DNA from: Microbotryum violaceum
Lineage: Eukaryota
Length of the DNA stretch: 64,000 nt
Assembly: GCA_001244265.2 (NCBI GenBank)
Contig: CDLV01000008.1
Span: 186,001-250,000 of the forward strand
Direction of reading: 5' to 3'
Shown here piece by piece: positions 14,626 to 26,491 of the stretch. Both the position numbers and the translations under genes were made by a program. The notes under the pieces are model-generated. The model searched no databases and was not told where the DNA came from. It saw only the letters and a program-made list of their open reading frames with translations. Within the stretch, counting starts at the first letter, position 1. Every line of letters starts with the position of its first letter.

Positions 14626-17536
14626 ATGAACCAGTGGCTCCGTCTTCCCATTTGCCAAGCTCTGCTTTCCCAACTTCCCACAAGGCGGTCCCACGGACTG
14701 GCAGTCGACTCTGCCCTTGGTGCGAACAGCGGTGCACGCGATCATCGTGACCGGCGACACTGGTGGACCGACTACCGTCTCTGGTTCGCGACCCTCCTCA
14801 TCTGTTCGATATGTGTATTAACTTCATATCACTTTCAAGCAAAGGCTCTCATGCTGTCATGGCTGCAGCAATCGACCTCTAGTGATAGTGGGCCACTCGA
14901 GCGGCGACCGCCCCTGAAGCAGACGATCGTCGCCGGTGTTCTCTCGCCCGATTCAAGCTCAGGGCAGGATTTCGGCGACGACAACGCCATCAACGACCTT
15001 CCGGCTTGGGCCGACTACGATGCCATCTCTTCCTTTACACTCCCCCTCTCCAACACCATTGTGCCGGTCATCATGCACCACTTTGACGTGGCCCATCTCC
15101 GAGCGCCATACGACCAAGTGTACCTCGTTTCGGCGTTCGTAGACCCGCGACCCCTGGTCGTGCCCAACGCGCGCCGCGAGATTATCATACATGCGGTGTT
15201 GAATAGAATCCGTTTGTTTCACGAGACCCATTATCCGGACAATGTCATCGAATGCTCAGTTCTGATTCGGCAGCCTGACGGGACCGTCATAGCCACGACG
15301 GGCAGGGCGAAGAGCTCGCCCGCCTATCATTACAGGGGAGGGTAAGCTAGTGACACCACCCTTTTCCTCGCGGCTGCGCTAGCTTTGTGAGGTCTTGAAC
15401 TATTTGTGCGTTTTTCCCCGGGCTTTGGCAGGTACTTGACGCTCTCGCAGGCCCAGATCGTCTGTTCATTAGCGAGAATACCTCAGCTGACATACGACGC
15501 GATCGCCTGGGAGAAGGCCGAAATGTAAGTTCTGATATTATTTGATCGGACATAGGTGAAGCGAGCTGACTGCCAATATCCATAGATACGTTTCCGTCAA
15601 TCCGATCAACTTTTCGCCCGCACCCGACGCCTTCATCTTCGCTCGCTCCGTTGCTGCTTTGGATGTGGACGAGCATCGCACGGGTCGTGGTCAGGGAGCT
15701 GTGTGCCTGGCCCCTCTACGGGGCGAGCTGTATTCGTCGTCTGTTAAAGACCACGTCAGCGTAAGTGGTCGAAAATGGGATATCTTGATATGGAGTTGGT
15801 TACTGATTTTGCCGACTTACGACCCCCCGTCGTCGCCGCCAGTACCAAAAATCGCTCGGCTTCACACGGATCTACATTTACCTGTTGGATCCGGGCCCGA
15901 TCACGCTGTCGGTCCTACGAAAGCTCGCTTCGGCCGATCCGGACATTGTGTTGGTACGATGGGGTATTCTGAAAAATTGGGCCATCGGGTCGGGCAGCCT
16001 GCGTGGCACTTTTGCGGTCGACCCAAGCCGGTGGAACCTCCCGGGCATCGAGCCTCTCGAGCCCGCAAGAGAAGCGTTGCTTGGAACGGCTCGATCATCA
16101 AAAAGTCTCGCGTCAGTCGGCTTCCCCCCAGAATTCAGTGAGACACGACTAACTAAGTAGTGTGTGAACATCCACCTGTGTATGCTGCTGCAGCGTGTGG
16201 TATTGGGGCCAGAACCTGGCGGCACAAGACTGTTACCTTCGGTCCATGGCCGATGGTGTACGATGGGTTGGTGCGTCATGCTGACGAAGCTATGGTGATA
16301 CCCAGCGCACCACTCCTGACCACACTATATCTTCATCGTTCCTCCAGCCTCAGTCGATTGGGACGAATACCTTGTCCTGCAGCCAGCGGGCAAGTTGACC
16401 TGGGACGTTCCACCTCGTTCCGCCGACCCCATTGAAGCGATAGCCCCCTTTGTTCAATGGGCACGCGATCTGCGTCGATCTTTCAATATCAGTACGCAAG
16501 GGGGATACATACTCCGTCCTGATCACAGAGTCATGGTGGATGTCGATTTCATCACCAAGGGGATGCTGCCGAGCTGTATGGTCTTTTCCCAATCGTTAGG
16601 GAGGAGCACTTGTAGAATACTGTCCTCACCACCGCAGACGCCGATGCTCGAGGAGATTATGGATCGCTTTGGAACTTGGGATTGGCTTAAGCCAGGTGCA
16701 ACAGTGCCTGCTGCTTTTTCGACACCAGTGAGGAACCCGTATTTGTTTTGGGGTCACCGCTCCAAGAAAGTTCTGGACCCGTGGTGAGTGTCCTTGTGCA
16801 GCGCTCGGTGGCGCGGCCACACCAGCTAACGCAGAAACTCGATGCAATTCATAGGGCCTACTTTCTGGATTCGACACACCGCATCGAGGTCGGATACGCC
16901 ACTTATGTACTTCGAGATGGTGTCTGCTCCCTCACGAGTTCCATCATCGTCAACAAGGAAATGAGCCCAAGCGACTGCATTGAATTCGTCCTCCGTGCGT
17001 TCGGTGGCCATCCCGTACTCGTACCTGTCACTAAAGCCGTGGTCAGGCATCGACCCGACTTTGCGGGGCAATCGTCCGAAATCACGGGTTCGAGTGGTTC
17101 GTTGCGTCATTTCAGGGTCGACATGTCCGTCGTACTGGGCACGCTTCAAGTGACCAAGCAGCTCACGGACTTCTCGCCAATGTTGCTGAGCTCGCCTGAA
17201 TCACATAAGGTGCGCTCGAATCACATTCGCGGCATATGCGAAAACTCGACCGAGGACTGGACGTTGGTTCAAGTCATGGAACAATCGCTGAAGCGGGTAT
17301 TCGAGGACCGGATCGAAGGCACAGTACCTTCAAATCAGCGACCGACTCCGGACGTTGTCGTCACGACGAAGCAGGTTCCAAGGCCTGCTCTACCGTCGCC
17401 CTTTGCTCCATCGACCGCGGCGCTGCTCGCGGTGATCGCAATTCCGCCCTTGGTCTACGTGCTTGTAATGCGGTTAAGATACCACAAGAGGAAACGCCTG
17501 AAGGGATACGAGATGGTGAAGCAAGAACACACTTAA
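14626..17536 (+). CDS. membrane-anchored GT-A glycosyltransferase, GT92/DUF23-like, copy 1 (multi-exon)
   Basis: N-terminal TM (LWFATLLICSICVL), AVCLAPLRG...QKSLGFTRIYIYLLD, DxD motif DWDEY at 16356, and C-terminal TM (ALLAVIAIPPLVYVLV) followed by basic residues. Confidence 0.65.
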
Positions 17537-17614
17537 ACGCATACCAGAGTCATGGAGTGGACTGGACGCTTTCATTTTTTTATTTTTATTTTCGGCTTGG
17601 AGCGCACTGAGGAC

Positions 17615-17942
17615 TTTTTTGTTTTGTTTTTTTGGTAGATTTCAGTAACAGTATTATATTAACCTTCGGAAAAGTCGGAGAGACGTCGACTTGTCAAACT
17701 ACGAGTCCTCTTCTTCCACTCGATCTGGAAGCTCTGTCGCCGTCGCCGATTCTCGTCGGATCTTTTGGAACCGATCATCGAAATGGACTTCGAGGGGCTT
17801 CGAGCCTCTATTCAAGAGTCCAAGGGTCGCCTAGTGTCTCTGTAAGCCACCCAAGGGATTTTTAGTATGTATGGTTGATCCTGATGCAAGCTCAATGAGT
17901 CCTACACTACTGGCTTCTGCCAGTGTGCGTAAAAGCATTCCC
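17615..17942 (-). mobile_element. 5'-truncated and 5'-inverted L1/Tx1-like LINE (family B) 3' end
   Basis: Poly(T) tract and antisense 3' UTR to ...ggaaaagtcggag (17680), then a sense-oriented segment 17683-17942 ending ...agcattccc. Confidence 0.75.
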
Positions 17943-18730
17943 TTTTTATTTGATAGACTTCATTAACAGCATAAAGAAATCTTTGGAAAAGTCGGAGGGA
18001 ATGCTGTTACGCACACTGGCAGAAGCCATTAGTGTAGGACTCATTGACCCCACATCAGGATCAACCATACCTACTAAAACCCCCTTGGGTGGCTTACAGA
18101 GACACTAGGCGACCCTTGGACTCCTGAATAGAGGCTCGAAGCCCCTCGAAGTCCATTTCGATGATCGGTTCCAAAAGATCCGACGAGAATCGGCGACGGC
18201 GACAGAGCTTCCAGATCGAGTGGAAGAAGAGGACTCGTAGTTCGACAAGTCGACGTTCCGAGCGAGACACGGCTGGACACACGAAGTTCACGAAGACGGT
18301 GTCGCAGAAATGTTTTCAAGTGGAAACTGATGATGACCACGACTCAGTCCAATGAACAGGGACGAGAACAGAGTAAGGTAAGATTCCAAAGAGCTGACCT
18401 GATGATGACCACGACTCAGTCCAATGAACAGGGACGAGAACAGAGTGGCCAGAGACTAAGAGACAGACTCGCGGAAGGCTAGAAAGTGAAGCGTAAAGCT
18501 AATAAGGAAAGAGAATAGAGACTAGTAAAGTAGGGAGATTGAGTGACTAAGGAGTGAATGACACGCCGCTAGGCTCAATCCTAAGTACCATCATAGGAAC
18601 GATAATCAGATGAAGGACGGGACAACCCATATGACCATATACGAATGACAGACGGGGTGTGGAGTCGGGGACAGCAGACCAGAGACGATGGGCAAAAAGG
18701 CAGCCGACCGCGAGGTGGACCACAGGAGGA
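17943..18730 (-). mobile_element. 5'-truncated L1/Tx1-like LINE (family B): ORF2 C-terminus, 3' UTR and A-tail, interrupted by a solo LTR
   Basis: Encodes HLAVGCLFAHRLW (end of a zf-RVT-like motif), a frameshift, then LRVLFFHSIWKLCRRRRFSS...FEGLRASIQESKGRLVSL*. The T-tract is at 17943. Confidence 0.75.
18300..18650. mobile_element. solo LTR-like insertion, 351 bp
   Basis: Runs TGTCG...TGACA with 5-bp TSD gacgg (18295-18299, 18651-18655). The empty site is at 42569-42573. Internal 48-bp direct repeat at 18327 and 18399. Confidence 0.88.
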
Positions 18731-19435
18731 GGATCGATTGTTGGAGTGGGGGCTGGTCGAGGATGCGAGTTGGCGACCTGGATGGAGAGATCCCGGAGAG
18801 AGGAGGTGCACGGTATCTTCGGCGTCCGAGTGAACCCTGCCCCTGCGAAGCTTGCGTAAGGCCTTCCACCAGGCGTTCCATTGTTGCTCCGGCAGAGTGA
18901 AGACCTCCTGGTGTCACTTGGGGAGGACGGGAGGGTAGAGGAAGGCGTGGTGGCGTTTGGACGCGTTCACGAACGAAGACGACGTCATCATCTCGCCATC
19001 TTCGTTTGCACCAGATCGGCTGGTCCATTAAGCCAGCCAAAAAAACTCGTGCGCGCACGCGCGATAAGGCAGCTGTTCTGTTTTTTGGCCCGGGGGAGCT
19101 TGGTAGACCGATGCAGTGGTGTACCATTGCCCCCCCCCTCCTCGCCCACCCCGGCACGGTGCACCTCTCTGGGTGTCCCACGAGCCATGAAGCGAAAGCT
19201 TATTAGCTAATCGTGGTTAGAGTTATTATTATAGACAATATACCAATGTTCCCAAGAGTGGAATTCGGAACCGATATGCGATATAGCTGTTGTACCCAAT
19301 ACCACCTGCTGACGAGATGGAGGATACAACCAATGCACAGGTAAGACAGCTGCTGTATTGACCTTCTGCCCCCCCCCCCCCCCTCCCCCCTCCCTCCTAA
19401 TTTTCTGCTTCTCTTCACTCACTACTTACTGCCCC

Positions 19436-19545
19436 TTTTTTTCCTTATTAGAATTCAACAGCAGTACAATCATAACAATACCTAAAACCCTTGGGAAAGT
19501 CGGAGCGAATGCAGTTGAGCACACTGACTAGTAGGCCAGCTTCGG
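19436..19545 (-). mobile_element. diverged family-B-related LINE 3' tail
   Basis: T-tract followed by gggaaagtcggagcgaatgcagttgagcacactgac, which matches the tails at 17985-18020 and 26426-26460. Confidence 0.65.
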
Positions 19546-20446
19546 AGCTTCGGATCTCGAAGATGGAAGTTTCCTTTTGCCGAGTCATCTTGGGCCCTAC
19601 TGGGTCTTAAGGGTATTAATAGTGGAACCAAAAAGCTGACTGGTCACTTGCTGTGAAGTGTATTAGATATTAAAAATGTGGCTCACGGTTCGCTCCCGCA
19701 CTTTGAAGCTTTGACCTTGGCCCAAGCACGTGCACATCGACGTGTCGACGCACACTGGGTGATCAAATGCTTCTCAAATTGAGTAGGACCAGGTTGATGA
19801 TTGGTCCCACTTCTTGTTTCATGTTCCTGTTCTTGTTCTTCTGCAATGATCGATTGGCAGCGATCTTACACCTTGTCCAAACACGACCTCATCGCTGTCT
19901 CTCGCGCCTCGCATCTTAACCAATGATCATTTCGTGATTGAAGTTCCGCATCTCGATAGTTAACACAAAGCACACAAGGGGACCACACCGGTGAAATTTC
20001 CGGTAGGACGTCTCCGAATTTGGGTGTGTAGCTCATCATTCTCTCATCACCTGATTGTGTCCTATTCTCTGAAGTGCGACTTGACTTCTGACAAATCGCA
20101 CTTTCACAATGCATGTATGACCAGGGACTTCTCGCTTGACCCTCAGCTGCGCACCCAGCGCAGCATCGGACAGTGCAGTAGAAGGCTGTGGGAAAATTGA
20201 TGGGAAGTGCAATACAGAGGGCGACTGGTAAATGTCAGGTTCTATCTGCCATATGGAAACCCGAGTATTCAAGACGATTTCGATCGCAATGTTGACCACC
20301 GGTGGATTTTCCCCGCGCCGGGTACCCCGACTCAAAAACCTAGTCACTTTCAGTGCCACTACAGTACGATCTGGTGATGACCCTCGTTCTTACAAAGAAG
20401 ATTTCAAGCAAACAAAACCGAGGAGACCGATTGAGATACCACCAGA

Positions 20447-23400
20447 TGTTGAAGTAAATTACTCTTGCCTTAAATCCGCACTACGCGCGTCTCCACTTAT
20501 ATTAGTCGCGCGCGCGATTCGCGTCTTTGTCTCCTCTTCTTCACTTGATTACGAACTCATTGGCTCGTCCCTGCCGCCAACTCGTTCAGCACAATGCTGT
20601 TCAGTTTCAATAGGTTACGAGCCCAACCGAGCGGCCAGCCAATTCGAGTCATCAAGACATGAGCACTCCTCTCATGGTCACAGGGGGAACAACCCCTATC
20701 GTCCTCGTCAAACCACGCATGTTGACCCATTATGCCATCTGCGAAACGCTGGGGGCTGGTCGCAATGGATCGACGACGTGCGAGGCGCGCTTGGCGGCGA
20801 CTATTGGAACTGCACCCTCGCGACGCCCGTCCAATCACCCAACACGCGCACGGATCTCGATCACGCCAATTTCCAAGCGGTCGCGCTGCTGATGCGTTCT
20901 GTCTCACCGGACATCCGAAAACACATAAGGGATGGTTACGACCACACTCCTGCGGAAGTCTTACAGATGATCAAGAAGGCGGTCGGTACCGGCACGGTGG
21001 CTGACATTCTCATCCGTCTCCAAGCGTTGCTCGACGTGGGACCCCCTCCCACCGGCATGGACGCCTTCGCAAAGTACCAAGCGACAACCATTGAGCTATT
21101 TAACACGCTCTCGGGACACGAGCTTATTTTCGAACAGATTGTGTCGTTCCGCCTTGTCCACTTCGGCAAGGATCTGTACCGTGAATACTACACGCAAACA
21201 CTTCGGCAAGGATTGGATAGGCTACCAAGCCCGACGGAGGTCCTCCAGTCGCTCCACACGCAGGCGGATCAGACGCCAGCTCCCAAACCCGTCGCCATGG
21301 TGGCAAGCCCGATTGCGACAGCGGACAAGTCTACCGCGCCTCCTTTCTCCCCGTGCCACCACTGCGGAGGTCCGCACTGGAATCGCAAGTGCCCGGACAA
21401 CAAGGCTGGGTCCAAGGGGAAGAAGACGAAGGCTCCTTCAGCGCCTTCCGCCTCGCTCGTCACTGCGCCTGATATCTCGACGCTGGTTGACGGTCCTGTG
21501 CTTGGCTACCTCACAGCCACGATGTCCACCTTGGCCAGGCCCTCCATCATCCTGGACAGCGGGGCGACGCACCACATCGTCAACAATCGCGCATGTTTCA
21601 CGTCCTTCCGCAAGTGCAAGCCAGCTCCGCTCGAAGGCATCACTGGTGAAGTTGTCAACTCCATCGAAGGCGTCAGCTCCGCAATCGTTCGTTCCTTCGA
21701 CGGCAGCATCGGCCAACTCAACGACGCCTTGTTCGTGCCCACCGCTCCGGTCAACCTGTTCTCCGCCAGTCGTGCCGACATCGGGGGTTACGACATCCGT
21801 CTGACTCGGGCCAAGGCAATGGTCTCCATCGCCGACACGGTGTGTCACACTGGCGAGCTCAAGAACGGACTTTACCACATGCAGGCCTCGCTCGTCGACG
21901 TCGCTGCTCTCATTCATCAAGCGGGTGCGTTCCCGCGTGCGCTCGTGGCCGTTCCCATGTCGGTCTTGCACGGACGCTTCGCTCACCTCCACCCACGCAC
22001 CCTCCGACAGTTGATTTCGACTGAAGCCGTGTCGGGAGTCAGCATGGAGGTAGATTCAAACGAGGATTTGAAACGTGACACTTGCCAAGCTGGCAAAATT
22101 ACGCATTACCCGTTCCCTGCCGTCGCATCGAATCGCTCTGCTCAGCCGCTCGAACGAGTCCACATGGACCTCCTTGCGTTCGACGGTGCCGTGTCATTAG
22201 GGGGTGCGAGATACGCTCTCGTCATTGTGGACGACCATTCTCGGTATTTGTGGGCGATTCCGATGTCACAAGTCCGACACCTTTGCGGCCTTCAAATCCT
22301 GGCTCGCGTAGGTGGAGCGCTCCACGTCACGCAAAGTCCTTGCTGTCCGCTCGGATAATGGGGGTGAAGTCATGTCAAACGAGTTCTCCAGATTCCTGGA
22401 GGAGCAAGGCATTACTTGTCAGCTCTCTATCCCTGACACGCCTCAACAGAATGGAGTCGCCAAACGTGCAAATTGTTCGATCACCGAGGGTGTCCACTCA
22501 ATGCTCCACCAGTTGGGCCTACCTCACGCTTTGTGGGCCGAGGCATTGGCAACATACGCTACGTCAAAAATCGCTCGCCGCACTCTGCAAACTCGGGCAC
22601 CACGCCTCACACATGTTGGTACGGTTCCAAACCTTCAGCTGGCCATCTACGCATGTTCAGCTGTCAAGCGTGGAAGGCCGCTACCACCGAGCCGCGCAGC
22701 AAGCTCGATCCGCGAGGCATCCCACTCGTCTTCGTCGGCTACAACCTCGAGTCCAAGGGGTACAGACTGCTGGATCCCAACACGAGACAGGTCTTCAAGT
22801 CCCGCAGTGTCACATTCTTTGAGGACGACTTCCCTGCTTGAGCAACGGGTATCCGAGCGCCCCCGCTTCCGGCCGCGGGGGACGACGACAGCGGGGTCGT
22901 CATTATTCCCCCCGAGCACGTTGACCCACCGGCTGCCTTGCGTTTCGACGCCCCTGGCCCGACCTGGCAGCCACCCGCAGGCCCACGTGCGCGCAATCCG
23001 CCGGCTCGGTACGGAGCCCTCGCATCCTTGCGCTCGACACCTTCTGCCTTTGCATTCTCACTCGGCGACGAGGTTGTTGCGCTGGTTGCCAATCTTGCGG
23101 AGGTCGGCATTGATGTCTCAAAGGCGGACTGTCCTCTCTCCGAGCCCGAAGATCCTTTCACGCTTCCCAACAGTGATCCCAGTACTTGGAAGGAAGCCAT
23201 GCGCCACCCTCATGCGGAAGGTTGGAAAGCTGGTGCCATCGAGGAGTTCCGCTCAATGAAGGACGACTTCAAGGTGTTCAGCATGGTCGACCTTACCTCC
23301 GTTCCCAGGGCAGCCACTATCTTGCCGAGTCGCCACGTGTTTTGGACCAAACGTGATAAGGCGGACAAAATGGTGTCGTTAAAGAGCCGCATCGTAGCTC

Positions 23401-24776
23401 AGGGATGCGCACAGCGGGCAGGTGATTTTGACAAGACGTTTGCACCAATGGCAAAGTTCACCTCCATTCGCGCTCTCGTCGCGCACGCAGCCTCCAGGGG
23501 CCACCACATCATACAAGCCAACGTGGACAAGGCCTACCTCCACGGCGTCCTGGAGGAAGAGATCTACATGCGCGTCCCCACTGGCATTGAAGGCTATGAC
23601 GGCAAGTGCCTCCGTCTTCACCGTTCCATCTACGGGCTCAAGCAAGCTGGTCGAGTCTGGAACGACATGATCAACGCCACTCTAGCAAATCTTGGCTACC
23701 GCCATCTTGCCTGGATGAATGCATTTATAGGCGCACTGACATTTTGGGTGATCACTACATTGTGCTCTATGTAGACGACCTCCTCTTCTTTGGTCCCGAC
23801 CTTGGGGAGATTGATCAAGTCCTGGATCAACTCGACACCCTTTATGGCGTAAAACGCCCGGCTGACTGGATTCTAGGGGTTCAGGTCGTCCGGCATGATG
23901 ATGGCGGGATCACCCTCCTGCAGCGCCAATACCTTGTCGACGTGTTGGCTCGTTTCGGCATGTCCAATTGCAATCCCTGCAAATCGCCAATGGAGGCCAA
24001 CCTCCAGTTGTTGCCCAAGATCGACCCCAATGAAGCCGACAACTCGACATATTGTTCTATGATTGGCTCCCTCATGTACGCCGTTGTTGCCACCTGACCC
24101 AATCTTGCACACACTGTGGGGTATCTCTCTCGGTTTGTTGGCAAAGCGGGGGCAGCGCATCTCGAGGCTGTCAAACGCATCCTTCGGTACATCAAAGGCT
24201 TGCTCGATCTGGGCATCCATTACGTGGCTAACAACGAACCCTTGTTGGGATACGAGGGGTATTCTGACTTGGACTGGGGATCTGATGTGAACACGTCGAG
24301 GTCAACAATGGGCTACTTGTTCAAACTGGCTGGTGGCGTGATATTGTGGTCATCCCGTCTCCAACCCCGAGTGGCGTGTTTGTCTACGGAAGCCAAGTAT
24401 CTGGGTCTTTTGCACGCTGCCAAGGAGGCAGTCTTCCTTCGCTCGCTCCTCACCGAGCTCGGCCTTGAAACATCGTCGCCCCTTTGTCTGCTTGGAGACA
24501 ATCAAGGCGCTATTGCGCTCACCCAGAACCCGGTCTTCCATGCTTGCACCAAACACCTTTGCATGTTGGAGCACTTTGTTCGGGAGCACGTTCGAAATGG
24601 AGAGATCTTGGTCACCTACATCCCTACCCATGACATGGTGGCCGATATCTTCACCAAGCCGCTGCCTCGAGCGATTTTCCAGCGTCATTGCGACGCTATT
24701 GGCCTTCGGCAAATTTCAGGCCAAGAGCAAGGGGGGGGGTGTTGAAGTAAATTACTCTTGCCTTAAATCCGCACTA
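20447..24776 (+). mobile_element. Ty1/copia LTR retrotransposon 1, degenerate, 3' LTR truncated
   Basis: 5' LTR 20447-~20612 and PBS ggttacgagccc. Domains: gag CHHCGGPHWNRKC, protease ILDSGATHH, integrase VRSDNGGE/TPQQNGVA/KLDPRG, RT SIYGLKQAGRVW/LYVDD, RNase H DNQGAIAL/ADIFTKPL. G-run PPT, then only 37 bp of 3' LTR (24740-24776). Several stops and frameshifts. Confidence 0.96.
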
Positions 24777-26364
24777 TGACATGAAGAGACACTAGTCAAT
24801 GAAAAGGCAAAAGCGCGCAAGCGCTCACATCATCTGTTTGGATTGAGGCTTTTGGAACAAGAGCCTTTGATTCCAGACAGCCATTAAAAATTCCCAAGTT
24901 TTGTCATCACTGCCATCATCTTCCGCATTGGACTCCCACTCCTCGAGCACAAATGCACCGTTGTCTGTGACGTCAATAGAGTAATGACTCAAATCGTCGC
25001 TCGAATGATCACTCATGTCAAAGTCAACTCCTTCGTTTGTGTTGTCGTCCGTCTCATCAATCGTGTCACCAGGACTGCGGGCAAACGAAGTCAAATCCGG
25101 CAGGCCATCCGCTGTCGTTTGCTCAGCGTTGTCGGTACACCAAAGCCGAAGCGCCACGCACCCCTCCATCTGTTGTTCGCCCGTGTCATGGGTGCACTGC
25201 CACAGGTAGTAATCAAGGCTCGGGATCGATGGCTCCGATGGAGGGGGCTCCGAGTCGGTCAATGTGTCGGACGCGGCCTTGTTGGGTTGCCGTGAATACT
25301 GTGGTACTCGGGATCCGGTCACATCCGCTATTTAAATTTCTCGAGGCTAATAGAAGTTGTAGCGGCAGTAAGTTCTGGACTCGGGCGTCTCGACGACAAG
25401 TCATTCCGGCGGCCACGAGAGGAGGGAGGCTAAAGCCTGCTTACGGGAGGGAGAGGAAGAGGATGTGATTTCGAACGGCCATTCACTTTTGCGCCGCAAA
25501 GACTCGTAAAATGACGAGCGGGATCAGTAAGGCAGCATTTGGAAGGAAGACCGAGCTCGATATGCGGAGGAAGCGGTGAAGGGGAATGAACAGAAAGCAG
25601 CGGTTTGAACTGGCGGGACGTTTGAGGGGAGTTTTCTTCTTGTTTTCAGGAAAACTTCCAGGATCCAACACAAAGTTTTCTTGTCTCTCACTTTTGCGTG
25701 TTTCAAGTCTCGTTTGGCATCGTCTCCAGCCTCTGACCTCAGCGTTTCGTTCTCGAACTCGAACTCGGTCTCGCTTCTCGATTCTACCCCCACTGCAGTC
25801 TCTTGTGTCTCTCGCCTTGGCGTCTTAAAGCTAGTAGTCATACCTTAGCCTTTTATTATCATATCATCTTTGATCACTATACCATAATGCGAGCAGCGTA
25901 GCCGGAGGATTTTACAGACGCCTCGCTCTTCGGGGACAAGACTGGCTCCTTTTTTCGTTCTCGCACGGGCCATGACCTCATGGCATCTTGTTCTTTTTCT
26001 TTTTATTCTTCGCCCCATCCTCTGGCCCCGTGGTTGCCCCGCTGTTGATGATCGCGTCAGCCGCCTTCTTCTTCCTCCGCCTCGTGAATTTCTTACGCTT
26101 GGTCTTGGTGTCTTTTTCCTTGTCTTTCTCTACTAGGGACGCTGGATTTGCTTGTTGCAGTGGCGATGTTTGTCGCAGGGAGCCCATGCTTGAAGCGATG
26201 CCGATGAGTGCAAGGCGGTGGGGGAGGGTTGAAGCTTGAAGGTGGGGGTGCCAGTGCCATGTGTTGAGGCAAAGGGCCAATTAGCGTAGGCAAGTTAGCA
26301 AGTGCACTACTTAGCCGCTATTCTGCCTCCGGGCGCGGGCCGTGAGAGGGGGGGATGGTATACC

Positions 26365-26491
26365 TTTTTTTTTATCTAGCAGATCTCATTAACAGCATAT
26401 CTATATTAATGCCGAAAAATCCTCGGAAAAGACGGAGGGAATGCAGTTAAGCACACTGGCTAGGCCCGTAGTGTAGGACTCGTTGACCTTG
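26365..26491 (-). mobile_element. family-B LINE distal 3' UTR and A-tail (left half of a split copy)
   Basis: T9 tract and cattaacagcata...ggaaaagacggagggaatgc...gcacactggc...gtgtaggactcgttgacc, collinear with 17943-18049. Confidence 0.8.

Noticed and set aside
17943-18299. Bipartite SINE made from the 5' and 3' ends of LINE A
   Set aside because: The part shared with 38351-38445 encodes an ORF2 C-terminus (…SIQESKGRLVSL*), so it is the tail of a separate LINE family rather than LINE A's 5' end.
18327-18446. Hammerhead ribozyme or C/D snoRNA in the CTGATGA repeats
   Set aside because: The required GAAA core and flanking stems are missing (it reads gagaac), and the sequence lies inside a TSD-flanked LTR-like insertion.
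19620-20446. Kinase fragment (VALKV) on the minus strand
   Set aside because: A single short motif among stops, with no other kinase subdomains visible.
20232-20658. N-terminal extension of the 708-aa copia ORF
   Set aside because: It runs through flanking DNA and the 5' LTR; the gag proper must start after the PBS (~20659).
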